The notes beneath the pieces were generated by a model. The model was not told the DNA's origin. It saw only the letters and a program-made list of their open reading frames with translations, and searched no databases. Positions 21,757 to 32,938 of a DNA stretch of 64,000 nucleotides are shown one piece after another; position 1 is the first letter of the stretch, and each line of letters opens with the position of its first letter. Source of the stretch: a bacterium (GTDB lineage: Bacteria > Zhuqueibacterota > Zhuqueibacteria > Oceanimicrobiales > Oceanimicrobiaceae). The stretch covers positions 85,638-149,637 of the forward strand of contig JBBIIG010000001.1 in the NCBI GenBank assembly GCA_037446635.1, written 5' to 3'. The translations under genes were made by a program, and so were the position numbers.

Positions 21757-22350
21757 TCACACCTCAATATTTTTTGTTTCCAGATAACCGTTGAGCAAGA
21801 GCCGTAACTTATCGCGGGCGCGGGAAAGTCGCGACATGACAGTGCCAATCGAAATTTGCAAAGCGTCGCTGATTTCCTGGTAACTTAGCTCTTCTCTCAC
21901 CCGCAGCAAAAACACTACGCGTTGCTCGGCTGGGATTTTGCCGAGGGCTTCCTTCAATTTGCTCAACAACTCTCCCCCTTCCGCTTGAAACGTTTGCTGC
22001 GGAGATTCCGCCAGATCCAGTTGATGATTGTTGCCGTCGAGATCATCGAGTGAAAAGGCGCGCGTGCGAGCCTTCTTTTTTTGATAATTTAAGGCAGTGT
22101 TCACGGCGATGCGATACAACCAGGGGTAAAACGGGTAGCTCTCGTCATAAGTATCGAGCTTTGTGTATGCTTTGATAAACGTCTCTTGGATGACATCATC
22201 GGCGTCGTCGTGATTCATCACCAACTGCAGGACGGTAAAATAGATTCGCTTTTGATATTTTCGAATAATCCACTCAAAAGCGTTGGCGTCGCCCGAAAGC
22301 GACTTTTTGATGTAATTCAATACATCGTTTTCATTGACTGACGATTCCAT
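21757..22350 (-). CDS. ECF sigma factor
   Basis: Region 2 (DADDVIQETFIKAY..FYPWLYRIAVN) and region 4 (LSYQEISDALQISIGTVMSRLSRAR). Confidence 0.93.
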   Translation of the reverse strand: MESSVNENDVLNYIKKSLSGDANAFEWIIRKYQKRIYFTVLQLVMNHDDADDVIQETFIKAYTKLDTYDESYPFYPWLYRIAVNTALNYQKKKARTRAFSLDDLDGNNHQLDLAESPQQTFQAEGGELLSKLKEALGKIPAEQRVVFLLRVREELSYQEISDALQISIGTVMSRLSRARDKLRLLLNGYLETKNIEV

Positions 22351-22506
22351 CTCTGCACGGCTATTAGGTTAAAACAAGGGTCCCGTGGCCTAAAGGCTGT
22401 TAATTATACTCGCTTTTAACGAATTTATTCCATTAAAGTAACACCAGTCGGGAAGTTTTTTGGGAAGGAAAAAATGATTCGCGGATTGGAAAGCGAAAAT
22501 GAGAAA

Positions 22507-25500
22507 TTAGCGGTTGGCGCTCTGCTCCCGCTCCAGTTCCTCCAGCTTTTGTGCGGCGAAGCGGCCAAAGTTGCTACCCATCCCTTCCGAGCTGACAATT
22601 TGTTTGAGAATGGTTTTGGCCTGCTCCATCTCGCCCAAACTGACGAGGCATTTGCTGGCCTCAAACAGCGCGGTGACGTGCCAGGGCAACTTGGTGGGCG
22701 CAGTGAGATATTTCACCCGCAGGTACTCCGCCACTGCGCGCGTGAAATTTCCCATTTCGCGGTAGCACTGCGCGATATAAAATTGAATCTCCGCTTGCGA
22801 TTCCGGCGCGGCAAACGGCTGCAGCCGCTGAAAGCTCTCGATGGCGCGCGGGTACTCCCGCAAATTCATCAACAGCCGCGCCGCTTCAATTTTCATATTG
22901 AAGGCGTCGTCCGAATAGGGATAGGCGTCGAGGTACTCGCGGATGGTTACAATCGCCAAATCCCACCACTGAGCATCGCTGTAGCATTTGATGAGATAGC
23001 GCAGCGCGGATTGGTGATACGTCCCCGCTTTCGGATGCGACAGAATTTTTTTGAAAGCGCCGATGGCGTTTTCAAGCTGCTGCGATTTGTAATAAAAATC
23101 GCCGAGGTTGAAATAGCTGGCGGGCGCCACCCGGCTTTCCGGATATTTTGACGGAATGTCGGTGAGAATTTTCAACGCGTCTTCGGTGTGATTGGTGATC
23201 AGATACACCGCGCCCAGTCCAAACTCTCCTTCCGCGGCCTCGTCTCCTTTAAAATCACTCTTCAGTTTTTTGAAGGTTTTTTCGGCGAGATCAAAACTTT
23301 TGTCGGCAATCAGGGCGTGCCCTTTATCAATTAAAAACTGCGCCTCGGCGGATTTGGCGCTCTTGAATTTTTTGCGAAACGCTTCGGCTTCGGAATCGGC
23401 GGCGGCAAACTGGCGAAGCTTGTAGCGGCAGCGCACGGTCTGACTGGCCGGATATTCTTCGTCGGATAGGTTGTCTGCCAACTTTGACGCGGTGGAATAG
23501 TGGTCGAGCGCTTCGTTATACAAAGCCTGACTGAAAAAAATATCGCCCAGCGCCACGTGACATTGACGCTGATAAACAGGCTGCGGATGATGGGTCAATA
23601 ATTTTTGATAGAATTCCCGCGCCAGCGCAAGCTTATTTTGCTTTTGGCACAGACGCGCCACCGCTAATAACGCCTCGGGCAAATTGGCGTGGTTAGGATT
23701 GTGATGAATGAAATCCAAGTAGCCGGCGAGGGCAGCCTCCCACTGGCCTAAATTCTCGTTGGTGCGCGCCTCGTAAAAGGAAACGTCGCTGACTCCGGCA
23801 ACACCATTGGCGCCGTCGCTGGGCGATCGCACATGTTGGAGTTTTCGATAGCCATCCAGCGCCGATTGAAAGTCGCCAATTTGGAAATGAAGATCGGCTA
23901 ATTCTTTTTGTGCGGTTTTCGCCAGCGGCGAATAATAAAACTCGGAAATCAGCCGCTGCAAATGCGCAATCGCGGAATCGAAATTTTTGTTTTTAGCCTC
24001 CAGCCTCGCCTGCAACAAAAGCGCGTCCGCAGAAAATGGGTCTTTCGGAAATCGCTCAATAAAGTCGTTTAGCCGTTGTATTGCAATTGAGTCCGCGCCG
24101 AGTTTGCTAAACGCGAGAGCTTCTTTAAAGGCGGCTTCTTCATAGTAGGGACTCGCTTGGCCGCGCGCCAAAACTTTTTGATAGTAGCGCAACGCCTCTT
24201 CAAGTGAGGAGCGATCATTTTCCGCTGCCCCAGCGAAAAGCTCCTCGGCGCGGCGGAGCGCAATCAAATCGGCAAATTTACTGGCGGGCAAACGCGTTTC
24301 CCACTTTTTGAAAATTTCAGCCTGCATTGAATGGTCGTTCAGCGATAATTGCGAACGCAGCTCCTCAACTCGTGTGAGGAGATAAAAGGCATCGTCCAAC
24401 CATTGTGTTGAATCGGTCTGATTGATCAAAAAATTCAGACTGACGCCGGCGCTATCCAGATAGCTGAGCGATTGCGCTGTCCGATCTTGGAGAAGGGATT
24501 TTTCCGCCATCAAAAAATAGCAATGGCCGAGCCGGTAATACGATTCATTCTTTGTTTCTGAATCGGCCGCCAGTTGCAAAACACCTCGCCATTCGCCAAG
24601 CGCAGACTCAAAGTCTTTGGCCTGAAAATGCGCTTTTCCCAATTCCACGTGCCAGTCGATTTCATCTTTGCCCTGCGCAGATTTGAGCAGCTTAGAAACC
24701 AACGAGAGTTTTGGCGGATCGAAGGCAATCGTCTCCGCGATCATTTCAGAGCGGCGCTTGGCCAGCGCATAGTTATCTCCAGCGGGATAGCGCGATAAAT
24801 AGTTGGACAACTCCTGAAAGGCGAGACGATACTCGCCGAGGCGCTGATAGCAGTGCGCCAGCGCCAATTGCGCTTCGTCCACTTGCGGGTGCAGCGGAAA
24901 ACGCTCCACGAAATCAGAAAAGGCGCGCAGCGCTTTCGAGTAATCATTTAAATATCTTTGATAAATCTCTGCTTTTTTGAAAAGTAATTCACTGTCGAGA
25001 GAACTTTGTGGAAATTCAGAAAAAAAGTGTTGAATCAACATTATTGCATCGTAATACTTTTGGGAATGAATGTATGCTTCAAGCAACTCGCGATAGCCGT
25101 CTTCGCCTATAAAGCTCGAATCATTTTTGGAGATAAGCGCCTCGAGAATTTGGATCGCTTGCTGCGATTGCCCGAATTGATTCGCCGCCCGCGCCGCTTT
25201 GATCAGTGCATTGCCTTTTTCCGGCTCGGTAAAAAGACGGGCCGCCTCCTGATAATTTCTAAACGCTTCCTCAAATCTCCCCAATGAAAACAGAGCCTCT
25301 GCTTTAACGAGATACGCCTGGGGCATCAAACTCGGTTCGCCGCGGCCGGCCAAAAATTTATCCAGATAGGTTAGCGCTGCATCGCTGAGGCGGCGATGAA
25401 AATATAATTCGCCGAGATAAAAATTGGCTTGCTGTGCGCGTTGATCGTTGGGAAAATCTTTGAGGAGTTTTAAGTAAATCGACTCGGCCTCTGCGGTTTG

Positions 25501-26193
25501 CCCAAGTTTGTTATAGATATGAGCGCGCAGTAGATAGACGCGCACGTCCTTAAAGTCAGCTCCGTACGAACGCACGACGCCCTCGATTTGAGCGAGCGCT
25601 GCCTGGTAGTCGTTATTTTGAAAGTAACTGTCGATTAACTCGAAATGGGCATCCAAACGCTCGACCGCTTCGGGATAAATTTGAATCAGCGTCAAAAAGC
25701 TGTCGCGGGCCAGCTTGAGGGCGTCGGCTTTCAGATAGGCGCGCCCGGCCTCCAAATACCCTTTGGCTGCCCACTCACTTTCGGGGTGGAACACGGCCAC
25801 GCGTTTGAACAACTCGGCGGCTTCCGAGAATCGCTTTTGCTGCAAAACACACTGCGCCAATCGAAAGCGCGCCGGCGCCAGCCACTCCGATTGCGGAAAC
25901 GCAATCTCCAATTGTTTGTACGACTCGAAGGCGTCTGCGATCTTGCCGCCGTCGAAGAAGGCGTTGCCGGAGAGGAAAAGCGCGTCATCGCATTTCTCGT
26001 GCGCGGGATACTTGTTTGCAAAAGCCCGAAATTGCTCGCCGGCCAGCTCGTACAACTTATCCTGAAACAGTTTGTGGGCAAAGCCAAATTCATCTTCTAT
26101 TTTTACCGGCTGACTTAAAGCTTCGCTTATCATCCAAAGCGATTGACAAAATAGCGTCAAGGAAATGAAAGTTTTAAACAAGATTTTGATCAT
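22507..26193 (-). CDS. Large exported TPR-repeat protein
   Basis: Signal-like N-terminus; many TPR units (A...F..F...YP.....A.F..G) over 1228 aa. Confidence 0.85.
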   Translation of the reverse strand: MIKILFKTFISLTLFCQSLWMISEALSQPVKIEDEFGFAHKLFQDKLYELAGEQFRAFANKYPAHEKCDDALFLSGNAFFDGGKIADAFESYKQLEIAFPQSEWLAPARFRLAQCVLQQKRFSEAAELFKRVAVFHPESEWAAKGYLEAGRAYLKADALKLARDSFLTLIQIYPEAVERLDAHFELIDSYFQNNDYQAALAQIEGVVRSYGADFKDVRVYLLRAHIYNKLGQTAEAESIYLKLLKDFPNDQRAQQANFYLGELYFHRRLSDAALTYLDKFLAGRGEPSLMPQAYLVKAEALFSLGRFEEAFRNYQEAARLFTEPEKGNALIKAARAANQFGQSQQAIQILEALISKNDSSFIGEDGYRELLEAYIHSQKYYDAIMLIQHFFSEFPQSSLDSELLFKKAEIYQRYLNDYSKALRAFSDFVERFPLHPQVDEAQLALAHCYQRLGEYRLAFQELSNYLSRYPAGDNYALAKRRSEMIAETIAFDPPKLSLVSKLLKSAQGKDEIDWHVELGKAHFQAKDFESALGEWRGVLQLAADSETKNESYYRLGHCYFLMAEKSLLQDRTAQSLSYLDSAGVSLNFLINQTDSTQWLDDAFYLLTRVEELRSQLSLNDHSMQAEIFKKWETRLPASKFADLIALRRAEELFAGAAENDRSSLEEALRYYQKVLARGQASPYYEEAAFKEALAFSKLGADSIAIQRLNDFIERFPKDPFSADALLLQARLEAKNKNFDSAIAHLQRLISEFYYSPLAKTAQKELADLHFQIGDFQSALDGYRKLQHVRSPSDGANGVAGVSDVSFYEARTNENLGQWEAALAGYLDFIHHNPNHANLPEALLAVARLCQKQNKLALAREFYQKLLTHHPQPVYQRQCHVALGDIFFSQALYNEALDHYSTASKLADNLSDEEYPASQTVRCRYKLRQFAAADSEAEAFRKKFKSAKSAEAQFLIDKGHALIADKSFDLAEKTFKKLKSDFKGDEAAEGEFGLGAVYLITNHTEDALKILTDIPSKYPESRVAPASYFNLGDFYYKSQQLENAIGAFKKILSHPKAGTYHQSALRYLIKCYSDAQWWDLAIVTIREYLDAYPYSDDAFNMKIEAARLLMNLREYPRAIESFQRLQPFAAPESQAEIQFYIAQCYREMGNFTRAVAEYLRVKYLTAPTKLPWHVTALFEASKCLVSLGEMEQAKTILKQIVSSEGMGSNFGRFAAQKLEELEREQSANR

Positions 26194-26205
26194 TGAATTA
26201 TCTGT

Positions 26206-28392
26206 TTAATGCAAAACTTCAAGATTGGCGTATTTCACCACTAACCGCTTCTCCCCGACATCGTAGAATCGCACGTTGACCTTCATATTTTCCCCGCGTC
26301 CTTCAAGTTTGATGACTTTGCCAACCCCGAACAACTCATGCTTTACTTCCCCTCCCAAAACGATCTGCGAATAACCATCCCGCAAATCGTCCTCCTCATT
26401 CTTCACCATTTCTTCAGCAACTGGTTTTTCAGATCGAAAGTGATAAAGGCGGCGCAGGTTTTTTCGTTCGATGAATTGCGGATCCAGTTCTTTGAGAAAT
26501 CGCGAGGGCAAATTGTGAAAACTATCGCCAAATCGCGGCCGCACCGCAGCCCAGGAGATGAAAAGCTTTTCTTGCGCGCGGGTGGTTCCCACATAAAACA
26601 GCCGCCGTTCTTCTTCGAGGTCAGCGATGTCATCAAACGTGCGCGAAAGGGGGAACAGGCCTTCTTCGAGACCGGTGATGAAAACTACCGGGAATTCCAG
26701 CCCTTTGGCGCTGTGCAGCGTCATGAGCGTGACGGCGTTGGATTGATCGTCCCAGGTATCGATGTCGGTTAACAAAGCCACTTCTTCCAAAAAGGTTTCG
26801 AGATTCGATCCTTTATTCGATTTGGCATAATTCGCGATGGCCAGCAACAGCTCGCGGACGTTTTCCATGCGGCTAAAAGATTCTTCGGTGTTGATTTCTT
26901 TGAAGGCTCGTAATATGCCGATCTCATCCACCAGGGTCTGCGCCAACTCACCCGCGGAAAGCTCGCGCCGCAGCGAGGCGTACTTGGCGATGAGTTGTTG
27001 AAATTCAAAAATGCTTTTACGGATGCGCGGCGCAATAGCGTTAACCTCCTCGACTCGCGCGGCGGCAGCTAACAGCGAAATAGCATGCGCTTTTGCAAAT
27101 TCTTCTAATTTTAACACCGAGGCGTCGCCGATTCCACGCAGCGGAAAATTAATGACGCGCTTAAAACTGATGGAGTCGTTGGCGTTGCAAATTAAACGCA
27201 GATAGGCCAGAACATCTTTGATCTCCTTGCGCTCGTAAAATTTGACGCTGCCTACCACCACATAAGGAATAGCGGCCTGGCGCAGCGCGTCTTCCAACAC
27301 GCGCGACTGCGCGTTCGTGCGATATAAAATGGCGAAATCAGAAAAGTTGCGGCCGTTTTCCACCAACTCGTCTTTGATGACGCCGATGATCGTCAGGGCT
27401 TCGCTGAACGCATCATCCAACTCCAGGATCGTCACTTTCTCCCCGTCTTCCTTTTCGGTCCAAAGAGTTTTTTCGCGGCGGAATTGATTATTTTTAACGA
27501 TGGAATTGGCAGCGTTAAGGATCGACCTGGTCGAGCGGTAGTTCTGCTCCAGATGAAAAATCTTGCATTCCGGAAAGTCTTTTTCCAGGCTGAGAATATT
27601 TTGGATATCGGCGCCGCGCCAGCGATAAATCGCTTGATCGTCATCGCCAACCACACATAAGTTTTTGTGGCGGCCAGACAAGTACTTCAAAAAAATATAT
27701 TGGGTGCGATTGGTGTCCTGAAATTCATCGACCAGGATGTATGAAAATTTATTCTGGTAATGTTCTAAAACCTCCGGATACTGTTGAAACAAAAACAGCG
27801 GGTTGACCAGCAGGTCGTCAAAATCCATGACGTTGTTTTGTTTGAGCAAACTTTGATAAAGGGGATAAATTCGCGCCACGGTGTATTCAAACGGCGCTTT
27901 GGCGATGGCCTGGTATTCGCTGGAGCTGACAAAGGCGTTTTTGGCGCCGCTGATGGCGTTGAGAATCGCTTCCGGCTGGAAATCCTTTTCCGAAACGTTC
28001 AGCTCATTCATCACGTTTTTGATGAAACGCTTCTGGTCTTCGCGGTCGAAGATCAGAAAATTTTTACCGTAGCCCAAGCGTTCGGCCTCCGCCCGCAAAA
28101 TGCGCGCACAAATAGAATGAAACGTGCCAATCCACGCCTCCCTGCCGCCGCCATTTGAGAGCTGCAGAATCCGCTCTTTCATTTCATTGGCGGCTTTATT
28201 GGTAAATGTGACCGCGAGGATCTGCCACGGCTTCACCCCTTTTTGCTCGAGCAGGTAAGCAACCCGATGCGTCAACACGCGAGTTTTGCCGCTGCCGGCG
28301 CCGGCCAAAATCAGCACCGGCCCGTCGCTGCACAACACCGCCTGCCGCTGCGCGGGATTTAAAGACGTTAGTAAGTGCGAATGATTATTCAC
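26206..28392 (-). CDS. pcrA: UvrD/PcrA-family SF1 DNA helicase
   Basis: AGAGSGKT, VDEFQDTN, QNYRST, TLHSAKGLEF, EERRLFYVG and C-terminal Tudor-like HELFGVG. Likely GTG start at 28392. Confidence 0.92.
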   Translation of the reverse strand: MNNHSHLLTSLNPAQRQAVLCSDGPVLILAGAGSGKTRVLTHRVAYLLEQKGVKPWQILAVTFTNKAANEMKERILQLSNGGGREAWIGTFHSICARILRAEAERLGYGKNFLIFDREDQKRFIKNVMNELNVSEKDFQPEAILNAISGAKNAFVSSSEYQAIAKAPFEYTVARIYPLYQSLLKQNNVMDFDDLLVNPLFLFQQYPEVLEHYQNKFSYILVDEFQDTNRTQYIFLKYLSGRHKNLCVVGDDDQAIYRWRGADIQNILSLEKDFPECKIFHLEQNYRSTRSILNAANSIVKNNQFRREKTLWTEKEDGEKVTILELDDAFSEALTIIGVIKDELVENGRNFSDFAILYRTNAQSRVLEDALRQAAIPYVVVGSVKFYERKEIKDVLAYLRLICNANDSISFKRVINFPLRGIGDASVLKLEEFAKAHAISLLAAAARVEEVNAIAPRIRKSIFEFQQLIAKYASLRRELSAGELAQTLVDEIGILRAFKEINTEESFSRMENVRELLLAIANYAKSNKGSNLETFLEEVALLTDIDTWDDQSNAVTLMTLHSAKGLEFPVVFITGLEEGLFPLSRTFDDIADLEEERRLFYVGTTRAQEKLFISWAAVRPRFGDSFHNLPSRFLKELDPQFIERKNLRRLYHFRSEKPVAEEMVKNEEDDLRDGYSQIVLGGEVKHELFGVGKVIKLEGRGENMKVNVRFYDVGEKRLVVKYANLEVLH

Positions 28393-29428
28393 TCGTCGCC
28401 TTCGTGCGTTTGTTGACTTCCCGGCGATAGCGATCAAACTTAGCTTTCGCACGCAAATGCTCTTCATAAGTGCGGCTGAACGTGTGGCTGCCATCGCCGT
28501 TCGCCACAAAATATAAATAATCCACCGCCGCCGGAAATAGACTGGCGCGAATGGAGGCGATGCCGGGATTGTTCACTGGCCCCGGCGGTAACCCCGAATA
28601 TTTGTAGGTGTTATACGGAGAATCGATTTCCAAATCGCGTTTCAACAAACGGCGGGGGCCATCGCGGATAATATACTGGACGGTGGGGTCGGCCTGCAGC
28701 AGCAGGCGTTTCCGCAAGCGATTGTGATAAACCGCGGCGATGATTTCCCGCTCCGACTCGATAACGGCTTCGCCTTCGATAATTGAAGCGAGCGTGACGG
28801 CCTGCAGTAACGTGAGGCCCGACTCCTGGAGCCGGTCTTGAAGCTGCTCATCAAATTTTTTATGAAATTGATTGACCATTCTTTGAATGACCTCTTCCGG
28901 CCCCATCCCCCAATAGAAATCGTACGTTTCCGGATACAGGAACCCCTCCAGGCTCGACGCCGCGACGCCCAACTGCTGCGCATAAGCCGGATCGAAAACC
29001 AATTCCATGAATCGCAGCGAATCCATTTCTATCTTGCTTTGCAGAATCGACGCGATTTGGCGCGCCGATTTTCCCTCGGCGATGGTCACCCACTCAACTT
29101 TTACTTTGCCCTGCGTCAATTGCTGCAACAGCCGGTAACTGGAAGTGCCGCCGGCGACCTCATATTTTCCAGCCCGAATTTTGTTTTTGCAATTGAGAAG
29201 CTCTGCCGCCCAATTCACACGCTTTTGGTCGCGAAGGATTCCTTCTTCCATCAGCAACTTGACGATGCCGGCGAAGGTCATGCCGCTTTTGATTTTCAGG
29301 GTATAGGTGGTCGCTTCACCGCCCGGCACAACCGCTGAAAACAACAGCCAATAAGCGAACCCGGTGGCGGTCAAAATTATCGCCGTTAGCGGCAGTATCA
29401 GTTTAGCCTTCAGTTTCACAAACTTCAA
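28385..29428 (-). CDS. mltG: Endolytic transglycosylase MltG
   Basis: [37 protein letters not shown] and YLYFVA motifs. Confidence 0.95.
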   Translation of the reverse strand: MKFVKLKAKLILPLTAIILTATGFAYWLLFSAVVPGGEATTYTLKIKSGMTFAGIVKLLMEEGILRDQKRVNWAAELLNCKNKIRAGKYEVAGGTSSYRLLQQLTQGKVKVEWVTIAEGKSARQIASILQSKIEMDSLRFMELVFDPAYAQQLGVAASSLEGFLYPETYDFYWGMGPEEVIQRMVNQFHKKFDEQLQDRLQESGLTLLQAVTLASIIEGEAVIESEREIIAAVYHNRLRKRLLLQADPTVQYIIRDGPRRLLKRDLEIDSPYNTYKYSGLPPGPVNNPGIASIRASLFPAAVDYLYFVANGDGSHTFSRTYEEHLRAKAKFDRYRREVNKRTKATSE

Positions 29429-29895
29429 ACTGCGACTTTATTTTTGTTTAGAAAATAATCCCGTAATATTTTTTGATGATCGAATGCCAATTCAGGTAGA
29501 TCATCGTCTGCGAAAGCAGCAGCAGCGCCGGCATCGTCGCCCGCCTGGAGCTCTCCCCTGCCCTCCGCCGTGAACACCACGCTCACCGTGTGGCCGCGGG
29601 GGTCGCGCTGGGGAGCGGAATAAACACCGAACAAATTGCGCAGTGTTACCTCCAAAGAAGTTTCCTCCCTGGCTTCGCGAATGGCGGCGGCCTCGACCGT
29701 CTCCCCATATTCAACGAAACCGCCGGGCAGCGCCCACCCAGACGGTGGATTTTTCCGCTGGATTAAAACAATTCTGTTAGAGGCCTCCGGCAACTCGATG
29801 ATAAGATCAACCGTCAGCGCCGGCCGCCTCAACTCCGGAATGGCGCGGCCGCAATGTGGACACACAAAATGGAATTTTTTGATTTGAGAAATCAC
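29425..29895 (-). CDS. NUDIX hydrolase
   Basis: Nudix box [27 protein letters not shown] and LAFDH motifs. Confidence 0.92.
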   Translation of the reverse strand: MISQIKKFHFVCPHCGRAIPELRRPALTVDLIIELPEASNRIVLIQRKNPPSGWALPGGFVEYGETVEAAAIREAREETSLEVTLRNLFGVYSAPQRDPRGHTVSVVFTAEGRGELQAGDDAGAAAAFADDDLPELAFDHQKILRDYFLNKNKVAV

Positions 29896-30623
29896 GTTTG
29901 CCGGAACAACAATAAAATATTGTAGAGAGAATGGGTGTAGGCCGTGACGCCGATTCCCCTGAAAATGAACAGCACTGAAAACGCTACCCCGGCCAAAAAA
30001 CGAAACACCAGCGATTGGAGATCCAGCGGTTCGTTGAAAATTTCCAAGTGGTGACTGTACGCAAACAACAGCGAGCTGATGACAATGGCGATGCTGTAGT
30101 TTACACTGGAACGCCAGGAAAAAAAATACTGCATTCCCATAACCAAAACGGTTAGAAGAATGAAACGGAAAAAAAATTCTTCGTAAACACCCGAGCCGAG
30201 ATGAACAACGAACGCGGCGACTTTCGTCTGGTTAAGGTTTGCATTGCCATCAGACAAAAAAATTGCGGATATAAAGCCCACCACCAATCCGAACATCAAC
30301 GCATACGACAAACTTTCCAGCAACATAAAAGCAAAACGCACGGGCTTGCGTGTGAACTTAGCGATGGTCTTTTTCTCTTTGACGACTAACCAGATCAAAA
30401 AAAATGCAGGCATCAACAACGCAAACCCTGCGTGAACTTTCATTGAGTTGAGAAGAGTCTTCAGCAACAAATCCACTCCCGTGCGCGACTCGCCCAACCA
30501 TCCCTCGTTTATTTGGTAAGCTGAGATTTCATAGGCCATCCACAAAGGCGTGATGAACAACCAACCGATGACCGGACTTTGAGACAGCCGCCAGTAGTCA
30601 CTGCGAAAAATTCTCCGCAACAA
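29892..30623 (-). CDS. CPBP (Abi/CAAX) family intramembrane metalloprotease
   Basis: [13 protein letters not shown] and HSLYN motifs, multiple TMs. Start uncertain; TTG 30623 chosen because 30650 overlaps the -10 box. Confidence 0.82.
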   Translation of the reverse strand: MLRRIFRSDYWRLSQSPVIGWLFITPLWMAYEISAYQINEGWLGESRTGVDLLLKTLLNSMKVHAGFALLMPAFFLIWLVVKEKKTIAKFTRKPVRFAFMLLESLSYALMFGLVVGFISAIFLSDGNANLNQTKVAAFVVHLGSGVYEEFFFRFILLTVLVMGMQYFFSWRSSVNYSIAIVISSLLFAYSHHLEIFNEPLDLQSLVFRFLAGVAFSVLFIFRGIGVTAYTHSLYNILLLFRQT

Positions 30624-30648
30624 TTGGGCTCTAAAAAATTGGAAGCAC

Positions 30649-30677
30649 AATATATAAATTCACCTGTGGAATGTCAA
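30649..30677 (-). promoter_or_regulatory. Putative sigma-70 promoter for CPBP-NUDIX-mltG-pcrA-TPR
   Basis: Minus strand TTGACA-N17-TATATT. Confidence 0.65.
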
Positions 30678-30711
30678 GGCTTTAATTCTCCGCCGCGCGG
30701 ATTTTTTTAGC

Positions 30712-30739
30712 TTGACATTTCAACGAATTTTGATATATT
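30712..30739 (+). promoter_or_regulatory. Putative sigma-70 promoter (divergent)
   Basis: TTGACA-N16-TATATT with a TGn extended -10. Confidence 0.6.
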
Positions 30740-30778
30740 CTTAGCCAAAATTTTAATCACCAAACCAAACGTCAAATT

Positions 30779-31096
30779 ATGTTAGCACATGTGAACTTTA
30801 CCCCGGTCGGAAGCGGCGAAGAAACCAAAGAACTCGTCGCAAAAGCGCTAAAGATCATCGAGAAGAGCGAGCTGGACTATCAATTGACTGCGATGGGAAT
30901 TATCATCGAAGGCGATTGGGAAGAGGTGATGACGCTTATTAAAAAATGCCACGACGAAATCAAACATTTTGCGGAGCGCGTGGTGACCAACATCGCGGTT
31001 GACGACCGGAAGGATTTGAACAATCGTTTGAAAAATGCCGTGCTCGAAATCGAGTACGCCGTGGGCGGCGCGCTCAAAACCGCCGGCCTGACCTAA
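30779..31096 (+). CDS. MTH1187/YkoF-like thiamine-binding protein
   Basis: P.G...V..AL.II..S.L.YQLTAMG.IIEG.W.EV...IK.CH..RV.T.I..D.R pattern. Confidence 0.85.
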   Translation: MLAHVNFTPVGSGEETKELVAKALKIIEKSELDYQLTAMGIIIEGDWEEVMTLIKKCHDEIKHFAERVVTNIAVDDRKDLNNRLKNAVLEIEYAVGGALKTAGLT

Positions 31097-31208
31097 ACAG
31101 GCTGAGCGGTCAAAAAGCGATGGCAATGGGTGACGAAGCCATCTCATCGTTTTATGAATTGCAGGCGTGACAAGTATTTCGACTCACGCCTTATTTTTTT
31201 GCGCGATT

Positions 31209-31934
31209 ATGGAGTTAAAAAATAAAGTTGCGTTGGTGACCGGCGGAGCGGTGCGCGTTGGAAAAGCAATTGCTCTTGGCTTGGCAAAAGAAGGGGCGCA
31301 AGTGGCGATTCACTATCACCGTTCAAAACAAGAGGCTGAAAAGACGCTTGCAGAAATCAACGCGATGGGTGGAAGCGGTTGGCTGGTTGCCGGCGATTTC
31401 AGCCGGGTCGCCGATATTGAAAACGTTGTGGCCGCCTGCTTTCAGAAATTCAACCGCATCGACATCCTTATCAACAACGCCGCGATTTATTTTCCAACCC
31501 CCTTCGGCGAAACCACGGAGCAACAGTGGGATGATCTGATGAAGATCAATCTCAAGGCGCCCTTTTTCTGCGCGCAAGCGGTTGCCAAAGTGATGAAGCA
31601 GGGTAAAATCATCAACATTGCGGACGTGGCCGGCATCGACCCGTGGCCGGGCTTTCTGCCCTATTCGATTTCCAAAGCCGGATTGATTGCGCTGACCCAA
31701 GGCCTGGCGAAAACGTTGGCACCCAATATCCAAGTGAATGCCATTGCAGCGGGGACGGTGCTGCTGCAGGACAACGCGCCGGCAGAATATAAAAAAGAGA
31801 TCGAAGAGTTGTCGCTTCTAAAAAAAATCGGCTCGCCGGCCGACATTGTGAATACCGTGCTCTATCTGTTGCAGGGCAGCGATTTTCTCACCGGCGCCGT
31901 CATTCCCGTGGAGGGCGGCCGGCTGCTTGTTTAA
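31209..31934 (+). CDS. Short-chain dehydrogenase/reductase, pteridine reductase-like
   Basis: TGGAVRVG, INNAA and YSISK catalytic motif. Confidence 0.88.
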   Translation: MELKNKVALVTGGAVRVGKAIALGLAKEGAQVAIHYHRSKQEAEKTLAEINAMGGSGWLVAGDFSRVADIENVVAACFQKFNRIDILINNAAIYFPTPFGETTEQQWDDLMKINLKAPFFCAQAVAKVMKQGKIINIADVAGIDPWPGFLPYSISKAGLIALTQGLAKTLAPNIQVNAIAAGTVLLQDNAPAEYKKEIEELSLLKKIGSPADIVNTVLYLLQGSDFLTGAVIPVEGGRLLV

Positions 31935-32917
31935 AAAAACAGCGCGCGTTTCGGAAACAAACCAAAAATCCCGCCGGTATGAATAAACAAGACGTTTTCG
32001 TCCGCCTTAAATTTGCCGGCGCGAATTTGATCGTACAATCCGTAAAAAGCTTTGCCGGTGTAAACCGGATCTAAAATCATTCCCTCCGCTTGCGCTACCG
32101 CTTTGATGATATCGATCTCCTCCTGGCGGCTCAACCCGTAGCCCTTGCCAACGTAGCCATCGATGATTTTGATTTCACTTTTGGAAATGCTCACATCGAT
32201 GCCGAAGCGTTTAACGGCACTCTTAACGATGCCGTGGATTTTATTTACAAAATAGCTTTCGTTGTCACAAACGTTGATGCCGTGAATCTGTGCCGGTAGA
32301 TCGTAAACGAATTTCCCCAGCAGCAAACCGGCGTAGGTGACGCCGGAGCCCACGGGCGAAATGATGTGATGGATTTTTAGTTTCATCGTTTTGAGTTGTT
32401 GGGCGATTTCCTGCGCCGCCTTTACATACCCCAACGCGCCCAACTCATTCGAGCCGCCCTCCGGAATAATGTACGGCCGGTGCCCTTTGCTCTTGAGATT
32501 TTCCGCGACGCGATTCATGATCTCATGAACGCGCTGATACGCTTCCGGTGTCACGTACTCCATTTCCGCGCCCACCAAGCGATTGAGCAGCGGGTTGGCC
32601 TCCAAATCTCTGCTGATGCCGTTGCGCAGCACCAGATGGCTTTTTAATCCGAGTTTGGCGGCCGCTACGGCCGTGGTGCGTGCATGATTGGAGTGAATGC
32701 CGCCGCAGGTGATCACGTAATCGCAATTCATGGTTTGGGCCTCGGCCAGCAGAAATTCTAACTTGCGAATTTTATTGCCGGTGGTCGCCATGCCGGTGTA
32801 GTCGTCGCGCTTGACAAAAATAGTTGGCCCCTCGAACATTTTCGATATCCGTTCCATCTTGAAAATGGGCGTGGGCAGCTGGGCAAGTTTCACTGAATCG
32901 GGAAAAGCAAAGGACAT
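31931..32917 (-). CDS. D-cysteine desulfhydrase/ACC deaminase family PLP enzyme
   Basis: KRDD...GNKIRKLEF, SNHAR, PEGGS, LDPVYTGKA and HTGG motifs. Confidence 0.9.
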   Translation of the reverse strand: MSFAFPDSVKLAQLPTPIFKMERISKMFEGPTIFVKRDDYTGMATTGNKIRKLEFLLAEAQTMNCDYVITCGGIHSNHARTTAVAAAKLGLKSHLVLRNGISRDLEANPLLNRLVGAEMEYVTPEAYQRVHEIMNRVAENLKSKGHRPYIIPEGGSNELGALGYVKAAQEIAQQLKTMKLKIHHIISPVGSGVTYAGLLLGKFVYDLPAQIHGINVCDNESYFVNKIHGIVKSAVKRFGIDVSISKSEIKIIDGYVGKGYGLSRQEEIDIIKAVAQAEGMILDPVYTGKAFYGLYDQIRAGKFKADENVLFIHTGGIFGLFPKRALFF

Positions 32918-32938
32918 ATTCGATCTCCAGTAAAAAAA

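Noticed and set aside
22351..22506. Autoregulatory ECF promoter upstream of the sigma gene
   Set aside because: Only weak candidates (for example TGGAAT-N16-AGTA); cannot be supported without the group consensus.
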